Assembly (NCBI RefSeq): GCF_964059045.1
Contig: NZ_OZ060402.1
Coordinates: forward strand, 240,001-272,000
From: Candidatus Saccharimonadota bacterium
GTDB lineage: Bacteria; Pseudomonadota; Gammaproteobacteria; Enterobacterales; Enterobacteriaceae
Direction: 5' to 3'
Length of the DNA: 32,000 nt
Shown here: one piece after another, positions 9,297-19,377 of the stretch
Numbering within the stretch: position 1 is the stretch's first letter
Layout of the letters: each line of letters starts with the position of its first letter
Translations under genes and position numbers: made by a program
Notes under the pieces: generated by a model
Told to the model about the DNA's origin: nothing
Database searches by the model: none
The model's input: only the letters and a program-made list of their open reading frames with translations

Positions 9297-10997
9297 TTAT
9301 AGTATTTCTTTAATAAAATTATTTATATCGTTTATATTAATCATATTTTTTATAGTACTATTCCTGTAATGATATTCAATATTGTTGTTTTTTAAATTTG
9401 TCTCGCTAATAATTAGTTGATGAGGAATCCCGATTAAATCCATTTGAGAAAAAATTATTCCTATTTGTTCGTTTTTATCATTAAATAAAACATCAATTTT
9501 ATTATTAATTAATGTTTGATATAATGATTCTGAAATTTTTTGAACTATTTTTGATTTATATAAATTAATAGGTATAATTGCAATTTGAAATGGAGCTATT
9601 AAATTTGGCCATATAATTCCTTTATTATCATTGTTTTGTTCGATAATTGCAGCAACAATTCTAGTTATTCCTATTCCATAGCATCCCATACTTAAATTTT
9701 TATTTTCACCTCTTTTATTTTGTATATTTGCTTTAAAAATAGAAGAATATTTATTTTCTAATTGAAATATATGTCCAATTTCTATACATTGTTGTATTTT
9801 TAATATTTCTTTTTTTTCATTAAAAATATTTTTATCAAAATTGGTATCAATATTTTTGCTTATATCTAGAATCTGAGATTCTTTAAAAAAATTTTTCCAA
9901 ATTTCATTAATATTAATCAAATGTTCATTTATTTTAATCCAATTTATATTTTTTAATGAATTTATAACAGATAAATCAGTAATAAGGAAAATATTATTTA
10001 ACGTTTTTTTTAGATCTTGTTTTTGATTTTTAATAAATTCATTTTGTTCATCCTTTGAAGCATATTCAAGTGGGTTAATAATTATATCAATTTTCTCTAA
10101 TTGTTTAAAATTTATTATGTGATTATTTTTTATGGCTACAGCAATAAATTTATCTTTTAGTTGATTTTCTTTTGCTTTTAATAAAATAATTTTTATTATT
10201 TTATTCAAATATAATTGATTTATTGTACTGATAATATTTTTTTGATTTTTTTGTATAATATTCTTTAAAAGAGATTGTGTAATTGATGGGTTGATATTAA
10301 TATTTTCTGTATAATTAGATTCTTGAGAATACATAATCGTATCTTCTCCATTTTTTGAAAAAGCTTGAAATTCATGTGAAATTTCTCCTCCCATTATGTT
10401 TGAATCAGCTTTGACTGATCTATATTGTAATTTTAATTTATCAAAAATTTTTATATAAGTCTCGTGCATTATATGATACATTTTTGTTAATGATAATTTA
10501 TTTAAATGAAAAGAATATGCATCTTTCATAATAAATTCACGTGATCTAATGACTCCTGAACGTGGTCGAATTTCATCTCTAAATTTATTTTGTATTTGAT
10601 ATAATAATATAGGTAGTTGTTTATAAGAATGTATTTCATTTTTTATTAAATAAGTAACTATTTCTTCATGTGTAGGAGCAAGAACAAATTGATGATTTTT
10701 ACGATCGCATAATTTAAATAATTCATTCCCATATGTTGTCCATCTTTTACTTTCATGCCATAAGTTAGCAGGTTGAATAGCAGGCATATATATTTCTATT
10801 CCTCCTATTTTTTGTATTTCTGTATGTATAATTTTTATAATTTTATTTAATACTTTTATACCTGTTGGTAACCAAATGTATATACCGGAAGATAATTGTC
10901 TTATCAAACCAGCTCTTAACATTAATGTATGACTATCATTTTCTATATTTATTGGTTTTTCTTTCATAGTAAAAAGTAAATATTTGGTTGTTTTCAT
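9297..10997 (-). CDS. proS: Prolyl-tRNA synthetase
   Basis: 566-aa ORF. Class II core motifs are conserved (FRDEIRPRSGVIRSREFIMKDAYSF, IEIGHIFQL..KYS, GCYGIGITRIVAA). The central INS region is very divergent (see findings). Confidence 0.95.
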   Translation of the reverse strand: MKTTKYLLFTMKEKPINIENDSHTLMLRAGLIRQLSSGIYIWLPTGIKVLNKIIKIIHTEIQKIGGIEIYMPAIQPANLWHESKRWTTYGNELFKLCDRKNHQFVLAPTHEEIVTYLIKNEIHSYKQLPILLYQIQNKFRDEIRPRSGVIRSREFIMKDAYSFHLNKLSLTKMYHIMHETYIKIFDKLKLQYRSVKADSNIMGGEISHEFQAFSKNGEDTIMYSQESNYTENININPSITQSLLKNIIQKNQKNIISTINQLYLNKIIKIILLKAKENQLKDKFIAVAIKNNHIINFKQLEKIDIIINPLEYASKDEQNEFIKNQKQDLKKTLNNIFLITDLSVINSLKNINWIKINEHLININEIWKNFFKESQILDISKNIDTNFDKNIFNEKKEILKIQQCIEIGHIFQLENKYSSIFKANIQNKRGENKNLSMGCYGIGITRIVAAIIEQNNDNKGIIWPNLIAPFQIAIIPINLYKSKIVQKISESLYQTLINNKIDVLFNDKNEQIGIIFSQMDLIGIPHQLIISETNLKNNNIEYHYRNSTIKNMININDINNFIKEIL

Positions 10998-11300
10998 AAA
11001 AGTATCTCTAATTATTTTCTATAAGTAATTTTATATGTATAAAACATTATAAATTTATTTTAATTTGTATTAGAATGTTATTTTAAAATTTTTAATCTAA
11101 AATATATCAAGTATATATTTTGATCATTATTTTTAATGTAATCACCGCTATATATATCATATTTTATAAATAAAATATTTATTAATGAATATTTAATATT
11201 TTTAATTAGTGTAGTTATAAAAATATTTTATATAAACAGTTTTGATTTTTATTTTATTATAATCAGTGATCTTTATAGTAAATTAACAAAGGGAGTAATT

Positions 11301-12458
11301 GTGCATCGTGATAATAATGAAGAAAAAACAGAACAACCTACTAATTATAGATTACTTAAGGCTCAAAAAAAAGGAATAGGTAATAAGTATTCTCGTGAAT
11401 TAAATTCAATCTTAATTTTGTTGATGGCTTTAATTAGTTTTAAATTATATATTCCAAATATTTTTTTTGAATTAAAAAAAATTATGTTTACTTGTTTTCA
11501 TTTTAATGATTTTAATTTAAATGATTATAATTATACTATATTAATGTTATTGAATATGTTAAAAAAAATTTTTTTTATTTTTACACCTATAATAATATTA
11601 TTAATTTTGATTATTGTGATTACTCCATTATTATTTAATAGTAAAAAATTAAATTTTTTATCTTTAAAATTTAATTTAACTATCTTAAATCCTATTAATG
11701 GATTGAAAAAAATTTTTTCATTACAAGTTATTATAGAATTTTTTAAAACAATATTAAAAGTATTTTTTATAATGAGTGTTTGTTTATTTTATTTATGGAC
11801 ATATATGCCAAATATATTATCATTATTATTTATAGATAGTATATTAGATGCATTGTATTTTGGCATTCATCAACTATTTGTTTGTTCTTTATTATCTATA
11901 ATAAGTATGATACCAGTAGTTTTTTTTGACGTTATTTTTCAATATTTTAATTATTATAAAAATTTACGTATGAGTCGTCAAGATATACGTGATGAATTTA
12001 AACAAATCGAAGGTGATCCATTAATCAAACTTCGAATTCGTCAAGTGATGAAAGCTAATATACAAAAACGTATGATGATAGATTTACCTCAAGCGAATGT
12101 AATAATCAAAAACCCGATACATTATGCAGTAGCATTACAATATAATGAGAAAAAAATGAATGCACCGAAAATTTTAGCTAAAGGAGCTGGTGAATTAGCA
12201 TTAAAAATTTGCAAAATAGGAGAACAGCATAGTATTCCAATACTTTCTTCACCAGCATTAGCTCGTACTTTATATCTTTATACAGAAATCGGACAATATG
12301 TTCCTAGTAAATTATATACTATGGTTGCAGAAGTATTAGCATGGGTATGGAAATTAGAAAAATGGAAAAAAGAAGGAGGAGATTATCCTTTGAAACCAAA
12401 CATTTCTTTTGTTCCAGATGACATTAATTATATTAGAGAGAATACAAAAGATGGCTAA
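11301..12458 (+). CDS. flhB: Flagellar type III export gate protein FlhB
   Basis: 385-aa ORF with a GTG start, preceded by the Shine-Dalgarno-like aagggag at 11290-11296. The N-terminus EEKTEQPT..RL.KA matches FlhB. Four hydrophobic segments follow. The C-terminal domain is strongly conserved (NPIHYAVALQY...KILAKGAG..A..I...HSIP....P.LAR.LY...EIGQ..P..LY..VAEVLAWVW). Confidence 0.93.
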   Translation: MHRDNNEEKTEQPTNYRLLKAQKKGIGNKYSRELNSILILLMALISFKLYIPNIFFELKKIMFTCFHFNDFNLNDYNYTILMLLNMLKKIFFIFTPIIILLILIIVITPLLFNSKKLNFLSLKFNLTILNPINGLKKIFSLQVIIEFFKTILKVFFIMSVCLFYLWTYMPNILSLLFIDSILDALYFGIHQLFVCSLLSIISMIPVVFFDVIFQYFNYYKNLRMSRQDIRDEFKQIEGDPLIKLRIRQVMKANIQKRMMIDLPQANVIIKNPIHYAVALQYNEKKMNAPKILAKGAGELALKICKIGEQHSIPILSSPALARTLYLYTEIGQYVPSKLYTMVAEVLAWVWKLEKWKKEGGDYPLKPNISFVPDDINYIRENTKDG

Positions 12459-14562
12459 TTTTGTTTCTTTTTTTCAACAATTAAAAAATTTTAAAAATTC
12501 TCAATGGCAAATATTAGTTGGTCCTATATTAATATTAATAATCTTGTCTATGATGGTTTTACCGTTACCATCTTTTTTGTTAGATATTTGTTTTACATTT
12601 AACATAGCTTTATCCATTATTATATTACTAGTTTCAATATTTACTAGAAATACATTAGAATTTACAGCTTTTCCAACTATTTTGTTGTTGTCTACATTAT
12701 TAAGATTAGCTTTAAATGTGGCATCTACTAGAATTATTCTTTTAAATGGACATACTGGTTCTACTTCTGCTGGTTATGTTATTGAAGCTTTCGGTCATTT
12801 TTTAGTTGGTGGAAATTTTGCAATAGGTACAATTGTTTTTATTATTTTAGTAATTATTAATTTTATGGTTATTACCAAAGGTGCTGGGAGAATTGCAGAA
12901 GTTGGTGCTCGTTTTGTTTTAGATGGAATGCCAGGAAAACAAATGGCAATTGATGCAGATTTAAATGCTGGTTTAATTGGTGAAAAGGAAGCAAAAATTC
13001 GAAGACAAGAAATTAGTCAAGAAGCAGATTTTTATGGTTCTATGGATGGTGCGAGCAAGTTTGTGAGAGGAGATGCTATGGCTGGGATATTAATTATGGT
13101 AATTAATATTTTTGGTGGTTTAATTATTGCCATAGGACAACATCATATGATTTTAGAACAGGCAGCTAAAGTATATACATTATTAACCATCGGAGATGGA
13201 TTAGTTGCTCAAATTCCAGCTTTAGTTATTTCTACTGCATCAGGTGTAATTGTTACTAGAGTTAGTACGCATCAAAATGTTGGAGAACAAATAATTAGTC
13301 AATTATTCTGTGATTTTCGTGTAATTTTTTTAAGTTCATTAGTATTGGGGGTATTCGGATTAGTACCAGGTATGCCTAATATGGTTTTTCTTTTATTTAC
13401 ATGTTTGTTATTATTTTTATCTTGGAAATTATATATTCATTATGAAAAATTACAATTATCTCAACTATCATTAGATCATAATGGATCAGAAAAAAATGAG
13501 TCTTTAATAAAGGATGCTTCATGGAATGATGTAGATTTAGAAGATGTAATAACAATTGAATTAGGAGAAAAGTTATTACCTATGATTGACATGGATATTG
13601 ATGGAGATTTACAAAAACGCATTCGTTCAATTCGTAAAAAATTTGCTAAAGAAATTGGTTTTCTTCCTCCTCGTATACATATTTATCATAATAATGGATT
13701 ATCTAGTAGTAGTTATAAAATTTTTATTAAAGGTTTAGAATTAGGATCAGGGGAAGTTTTTTATAACCGTTTTATGGCTATTGATCCAGGTAATTTAAAT
13801 TTTGTTTTATCTGATGAGTTTACGAGAGATCCTACGTTTAATTTGCCAGCATATTGGATTGACTTGGATTTAGTAGAAGATGCTAATAAAAAAGGATTTA
13901 CTGTAGTAAAACCTAGTATTATTATTGCAACTCACTTAAATGATTTAATATTCAAATATATTCATGAATTATTTGGCAGACAAGAAGCGCAGTTTTTATT
14001 AGAACATATTTCTAAAAAAATGCCAAAATTGATAGAAGATTTTATTCCTAATGTAATTAGTTTAACAGTATTTCATAAAATAATTTATAATTTATTATCG
14101 GAAAATATTTCTATTCGAGATATGAGAACTATTATAGAAACTATATTAGAACAGAATGTTAATATTAATAATCAACATCAAGAATTAACATCTATAGTTC
14201 GTATAGCTTTAGGAAAAACTATTACACAAAAATTTTTCCCTAAATCATTAAGTGTAATAAAAGTAATAGGTTTACATATAGAATTAGAACGTATATTATT
14301 ACAAATTTTGCAATCTAGTAGTGGATGTATTGAACCTAATTTATCAGAAAGGTTATTAAATCAAACAGAAATTGCTATTAATCAGCAAAAATTACTTAAC
14401 TTATCTATTATTTTATTAGTTAATCATTCATTGCGTTTGTTTTTGTCTAATTTTTTACGTCAAAAATTTCCTGAATTAGTAGTTTTGTCTCATATGGAAA
14501 TTGTTGATAATCGTGAAATAAAAATTACTACTGTTATTGGTTCTTATCAATCAGACGTATAA
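12451..14562 (+). CDS. flhA: Flagellar type III export gate protein FlhA
   Basis: MANFVSFFQQLKNFKNSQWQILVGPILILIILSMMVLPLP.F.LD..FTFNIALSI is colinear with the E. coli FlhA N-terminus. The ORF track begins at 12409, but ATG 12451 matches the homologue's N-terminus and overlaps the flhB stop by 8 nt. Confidence 0.93.
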   Translation: MANFVSFFQQLKNFKNSQWQILVGPILILIILSMMVLPLPSFLLDICFTFNIALSIIILLVSIFTRNTLEFTAFPTILLLSTLLRLALNVASTRIILLNGHTGSTSAGYVIEAFGHFLVGGNFAIGTIVFIILVIINFMVITKGAGRIAEVGARFVLDGMPGKQMAIDADLNAGLIGEKEAKIRRQEISQEADFYGSMDGASKFVRGDAMAGILIMVINIFGGLIIAIGQHHMILEQAAKVYTLLTIGDGLVAQIPALVISTASGVIVTRVSTHQNVGEQIISQLFCDFRVIFLSSLVLGVFGLVPGMPNMVFLLFTCLLLFLSWKLYIHYEKLQLSQLSLDHNGSEKNESLIKDASWNDVDLEDVITIELGEKLLPMIDMDIDGDLQKRIRSIRKKFAKEIGFLPPRIHIYHNNGLSSSSYKIFIKGLELGSGEVFYNRFMAIDPGNLNFVLSDEFTRDPTFNLPAYWIDLDLVEDANKKGFTVVKPSIIIATHLNDLIFKYIHELFGRQEAQFLLEHISKKMPKLIEDFIPNVISLTVFHKIIYNLLSENISIRDMRTIIETILEQNVNINNQHQELTSIVRIALGKTITQKFFPKSLSVIKVIGLHIELERILLQILQSSSGCIEPNLSERLLNQTEIAINQQKLLNLSIILLVNHSLRLFLSNFLRQKFPELVVLSHMEIVDNREIKITTVIGSYQSDV

Positions 14563-14779
14563 TTTTTATTAATAATAATACAATATCATTGCGATTGTTA
14601 TTAATAATTAAATTTAATATAAATATTTTTATAGATAAAATATTCTTACATCAGTTAAACACGTAAACATAATAAAAAACTAGTTTTTAATCTTTTTGAT
14701 TTTAAAATAAAAATTATTTTTTTTTATGAACGTGTTTTTACTTTATTAATATATTAAATATATAAAAAAATATATAAAA

Positions 14780-16516
14780 TTATAAAAAACGTATTGTTTT
14801 AATACCTAATAGATATAATCCTTTTTTAATTGTTTTAGCAGTTAATAAAGATAATTTTAATCTACTTAAAGTGACATTGCTTTCGGATAAAAAAAGAATT
14901 GGATAATTTTGATAAAAATTAGAATATAATACTGATAATTCATATAGATATTGACATATTAAATGGGGGTATCCGCTTTTTTTTACTTGTTCTATTGTTT
15001 CTTCAAATTGTAAAATTTTTAATCCTAATTTTTTTTCTAGTTTTTGTTTTAAATTAATCCCATTTGGTAATTTGAACATAGATATATTACCTTTTCTAAA
15101 AATAGATAATATTCTAGTATAAGTATATTGAATATATAGAGCAGTATTACCTTCCAGTAATAAAATTTGATTCCAATTAAAAATATAGTTACTTGTTCTA
15201 TTTTTTGATAAATCTGCATATTTAATGGCTCCAATACCTATTTTTGCAGATTTATTTTGAATTTCTTCTTCAGATAATAAAGGATTTTTGTTTTTTATAA
15301 TAATTTTAGTTCTTTCAATAGATTCTTTGATTAAATCTGTTAATTTTATAGTATTACCACTTCTAGTTTGAAATGGTTTGTTATTGTTAGATAATATCAT
15401 TCCAAAATAATGATGTATAATTTGAATATTATCATTAATGTAACCTGCTTTTTTTGCTATTTCACATATATTTCTTAAATATGGCACTTGTCTAGAGTCA
15501 GTATAATAAAAAATTTTATGTGCATTTAAAATATTAGAACGATATTTTAAACAAGCAAGATCGATACTAGCATATAAAGAAGCACCGTCTTTTTTTTGAA
15601 TGACTACACCCATAGTATGATTTTTTTTATTTTTCATATTATCAATTAATACGACAATAGAATTATTTTTTTCTACTGCTAATTTTTTTTTTTTTAAATC
15701 TTGTATGATATCAGGTATCATATTATGATATGCACTCTCTCCTTTTATATCTTTATTTCTTAAAGTGGTATTTAATATTTTATATATTTTTTCATTTTCT
15801 ATTATTGTTACATTGACTATTCTTTTCCATAGTAAATATATTTTTTTGTCTTTTTTTTGTAATTTAACTACATATTTTCTAGATAATTCTGCAAAATATT
15901 CATTATCTAAATACATTTTTTTTGATAATTTATAATATTTTTCTAATGCTTTTAAATTAATTTTTTTTAATGTATTGATTTTTTTTTCATTCTGTAAATA
16001 CGCTAACAGTATTCCAAATTGAGTCCCCCAATCACCGATATGATTTGCTCTAATAACTTTATGACCATAAAACTCCATAATTTTTACCATAGTATCTCCA
16101 ATTATTGTTGAACGTAAATGTCCAACATGCATTTCTTTGGCTATATTTGGAGAAGAATAATCTATAACAATTTTTTTTGGGTTTTTAGAATGATAAATGC
16201 CTAAACGAGAACATTGTATAATTTCTTCTAATTTTTTTTCAATCCAAGTGGTTTTTAAATAAATATTTATAAAACCTGGCTCAGATATTTCAATATGATC
16301 ACAAATATTATATAAACAAATATTCGCAATAACTTTTTTAGCTAAGATCATTGGTGAAATTGTTAAATTTTTAGCGATTTTCATAATTCCATTGATTTGA
16401 TAATCTCCTTTTTGTTTTTTTAATGATTGAATTATCACCGGATCATAGTGTTGTGGAATACCACTATTAATTAATGCTAATTTAACATGTTTAGATAAAA
16501 TTTTTTGTATATTCAT
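14780..16516 (-). CDS. argS: Arginyl-tRNA synthetase
   Basis: 578-aa ORF (E. coli 577 aa) with the class I HIGH-type motif KEMHVGHLRST and an ArgRS-like C-terminal anticodon-binding region. It is convergent with flhA, as in the E. coli argS / flhBAE neighbourhood. Confidence 0.95.
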   Translation of the reverse strand: MNIQKILSKHVKLALINSGIPQHYDPVIIQSLKKQKGDYQINGIMKIAKNLTISPMILAKKVIANICLYNICDHIEISEPGFINIYLKTTWIEKKLEEIIQCSRLGIYHSKNPKKIVIDYSSPNIAKEMHVGHLRSTIIGDTMVKIMEFYGHKVIRANHIGDWGTQFGILLAYLQNEKKINTLKKINLKALEKYYKLSKKMYLDNEYFAELSRKYVVKLQKKDKKIYLLWKRIVNVTIIENEKIYKILNTTLRNKDIKGESAYHNMIPDIIQDLKKKKLAVEKNNSIVVLIDNMKNKKNHTMGVVIQKKDGASLYASIDLACLKYRSNILNAHKIFYYTDSRQVPYLRNICEIAKKAGYINDNIQIIHHYFGMILSNNNKPFQTRSGNTIKLTDLIKESIERTKIIIKNKNPLLSEEEIQNKSAKIGIGAIKYADLSKNRTSNYIFNWNQILLLEGNTALYIQYTYTRILSIFRKGNISMFKLPNGINLKQKLEKKLGLKILQFEETIEQVKKSGYPHLICQYLYELSVLYSNFYQNYPILFLSESNVTLSRLKLSLLTAKTIKKGLYLLGIKTIRFL

Positions 16517-16688
16517 TGTTTTCCTAATATATATTGATATTTTAATTTAAATATGTATTAATCATAAAAAATATTTTATAAAAAATATTAAAAATGATTC
16601 ATTGTTTAATGATATACGTATATTATAAATTTTAAAAATTAAAATATATATAATTTTGTATTTTTAACAAAATAAAAAGATAAAAAGA

Positions 16689-16716
16689 TTGACTTTTATA
16701 ATAAATAATGTATTAT
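16689..16716 (+). promoter_or_regulatory. Candidate sigma70 promoter of the rrs operon (TTGACT, 16-nt spacer, TATTAT)
   Basis: TTGACT lies at 16689-16694 and TATTAT at 16711-16716. The promoter is about 20 nt upstream of the boxA-like element and about 130 nt upstream of mature 16S. TTGAC is rare in the intergenic DNA of this window. Confidence 0.55.
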
Positions 16717-16737
16717 GAATAAAGTTTCATTATCTGT

Positions 16738-16750
16738 TGCTCTTTAAAAA
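16738..16750 (+). promoter_or_regulatory. rrn antitermination boxA-like element (tgctctttaaaaa)
   Basis: Matches the E. coli rrn leader boxA TGCTCTTTAACAA at 12 of 13 positions. It is followed by atcaga.aatct.tgtgggcact, as in the E. coli leader (boxC-like tgtgggcact at 16765-16774). Confidence 0.7.
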
Positions 16751-16785
16751 TATCAGAAAATCTATGTGGGCACTTAAAAAATTAA
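16748..16785 (+). promoter_or_regulatory. 5' half of the 16S precursor processing stem (RNase III-type)
   Basis: Leader aaatatcagaaaatctatgtgggcacttaaaaaattaa is complementary to trailer 18415-18451. The reverse complement of the trailer reads aaatatcagataatttatgtggacactttaaaattaa. There are only a few mismatches, one G:U pair and one bulge. Confidence 0.75.
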
Positions 16786-16845
16786 TTGATTAGTTATTTT
16801 AAATTTATTTAAATCTCATTTTATTGGGATTAAAACAATTTTTTC

Positions 16846-18401
<1,556 letters not shown>

Positions 18402-18414
18402 CAAAAATACACTT

Positions 18415-18451
18415 TTAATTTTAAAGTGTCCACATAAATTATCTGATATTT
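18415..18451 (+). promoter_or_regulatory. 3' half of the 16S precursor processing stem
   Basis: ttaattttaaagtgtccacataaattatctgatattt pairs with leader 16748-16785 (see that feature). Confidence 0.75.
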
Positions 18452-18465
18452 ATTTATATTTATAC

Positions 18466-18542
18466 AGGCTTGTAGCTCAGTTGGTTAGAGCACACCCCTG
18501 ATAAGGGTGAGGTCGGTGGTTCAAGTCCACTCAGGCCTACCA
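18466..18542 (+). tRNA. ileT: tRNA-Ile (anticodon GAU), CCA encoded
   Basis: aggcttgtagctcag..cccctGATaagggtg..ggttcaagtccactcaggcctacca is nearly identical to E. coli tRNA-Ile(GAU). It is 77 nt with a complementary acceptor stem, in the spacer position after 16S. Confidence 0.96.
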
Positions 18543-18556
18543 ATATCACAAAAAAT

Positions 18557-18629
18557 GGGGCTATAGCTCAGCTGGGAGAGCGCCTGCCTTGCACGCAGGA
18601 GGTCAGCGGTTCGATCCCGCTTAGCTCCA
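18557..18629 (+). tRNA. alaT: tRNA-Ala (anticodon UGC), CCA not encoded
   Basis: ggggctatagctcagctgggagagcgcctgccttGCAcgcaggaggtcagcggttcgatcccgcttagctcca is nearly identical to E. coli tRNA-Ala(UGC). The G3:U70 context is retained. The 3' end is followed by an A run, not CCA. Confidence 0.96.
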
Positions 18630-18636
18630 AAAAAAA

Positions 18637-19377
18637 TTATTTATAATTGTTTTTTATTGTTCTAATCAAAATAAAATTGTCATATGATTTCTTTTCTAAT
18701 TTTTTATTTTTTATTCTAGACAAATGCAGAAAAACATTTATTTTTTTTTCTAAACCTATTGTGCTTGGTAAAGTTATTTTTTTGTATTTTATTTTATTTA
18801 TTAAATTATAGTATTCGATTATATTTTTTTCATTTGGAAATAATTTTTTTGAAAATTCTAAATTTTTTTTTGTATATTCGTGAGCAGGACATATAATTGT
18901 TTTATTAGGTAAAATTGAAAATTTTTTTAGGGATAAAAACATCATCATATAATTTTTTTTGTATATATTACCACATCCTCCTGAAAATAATGTATCACCA
19001 CAAAACAAATATGGATTTATATAATAAGATAAATGTCCGATTGTATGTCCAGGAGTGTATATTACATGGAATATTTTATCTAATAAATAAATTTTTTCCC
19101 CTCCAAAAAGAACATTATTTATTCCAAATTTTATAGATTCTATTGGTCCATATACTTTTATTTTTGGAAAACAAAAAATTAATTCATTAATTCCAGCAAC
19201 ATGATCAATATGATGATGAGTGATTAATATTGCTTTTGGTTTCAAATTTAATTGAATAATTTTTTTAAATACTGGTAAAAAATCTCCAGGGTCTATAATT
19301 ACACATGATTGATCTGATTGATTTAATATCCATACATAATTATCATTGAGAATAGAAACTATATTTAAATTCATCAT
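18637..19377 (-). CDS. gloB: Hydroxyacylglutathione hydrolase (glyoxalase II)
   Basis: 246-aa ORF (E. coli 251 aa). It has the metallo-beta-lactamase motif ILITHHHIDHVAG, then TPGHTIGH and CGDTLFSGGCG. Confidence 0.93.
   Translation of the reverse strand: MMNLNIVSILNDNYVWILNQSDQSCVIIDPGDFLPVFKKIIQLNLKPKAILITHHHIDHVAGINELIFCFPKIKVYGPIESIKFGINNVLFGGEKIYLLDKIFHVIYTPGHTIGHLSYYINPYLFCGDTLFSGGCGNIYKKNYMMMFLSLKKFSILPNKTIICPAHEYTKKNLEFSKKLFPNEKNIIEYYNLINKIKYKKITLPSTIGLEKKINVFLHLSRIKNKKLEKKSYDNFILIRTIKNNYK

Noticed and set aside
12409-12450. 14-codon N-terminal extension of flhA in the ORF track
   Set aside because: MANF.. at 12451 aligns residue-for-residue with the E. coli FlhA N-terminus. The extension lies inside the conserved flhB C-terminus.
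14657-14737. Inverted 8-mers aaacacgt (14657-14664) / acgtgttt (14730-14737) and a 14-nt palindrome aaaaactagttttt (14675-14688) between convergent flhA and argS, as a possible bidirectional terminator
   Set aside because: The arms are short and 65 nt apart and are not concentric with the inner palindrome. Extension is only approximate. This cannot be distinguished from chance without statistics or transcript data.
15049-15234. Track ORF 15049-15234 (-, 61 aa)
   Set aside because: It is nested inside argS on the same strand in another frame and has a low-complexity product. The argS frame is the one with clear homology.
18915-19136. Track ORF 18915-19136 (+, 73 aa)
   Set aside because: It is antisense to the well-supported gloB and has no recognisable motifs.
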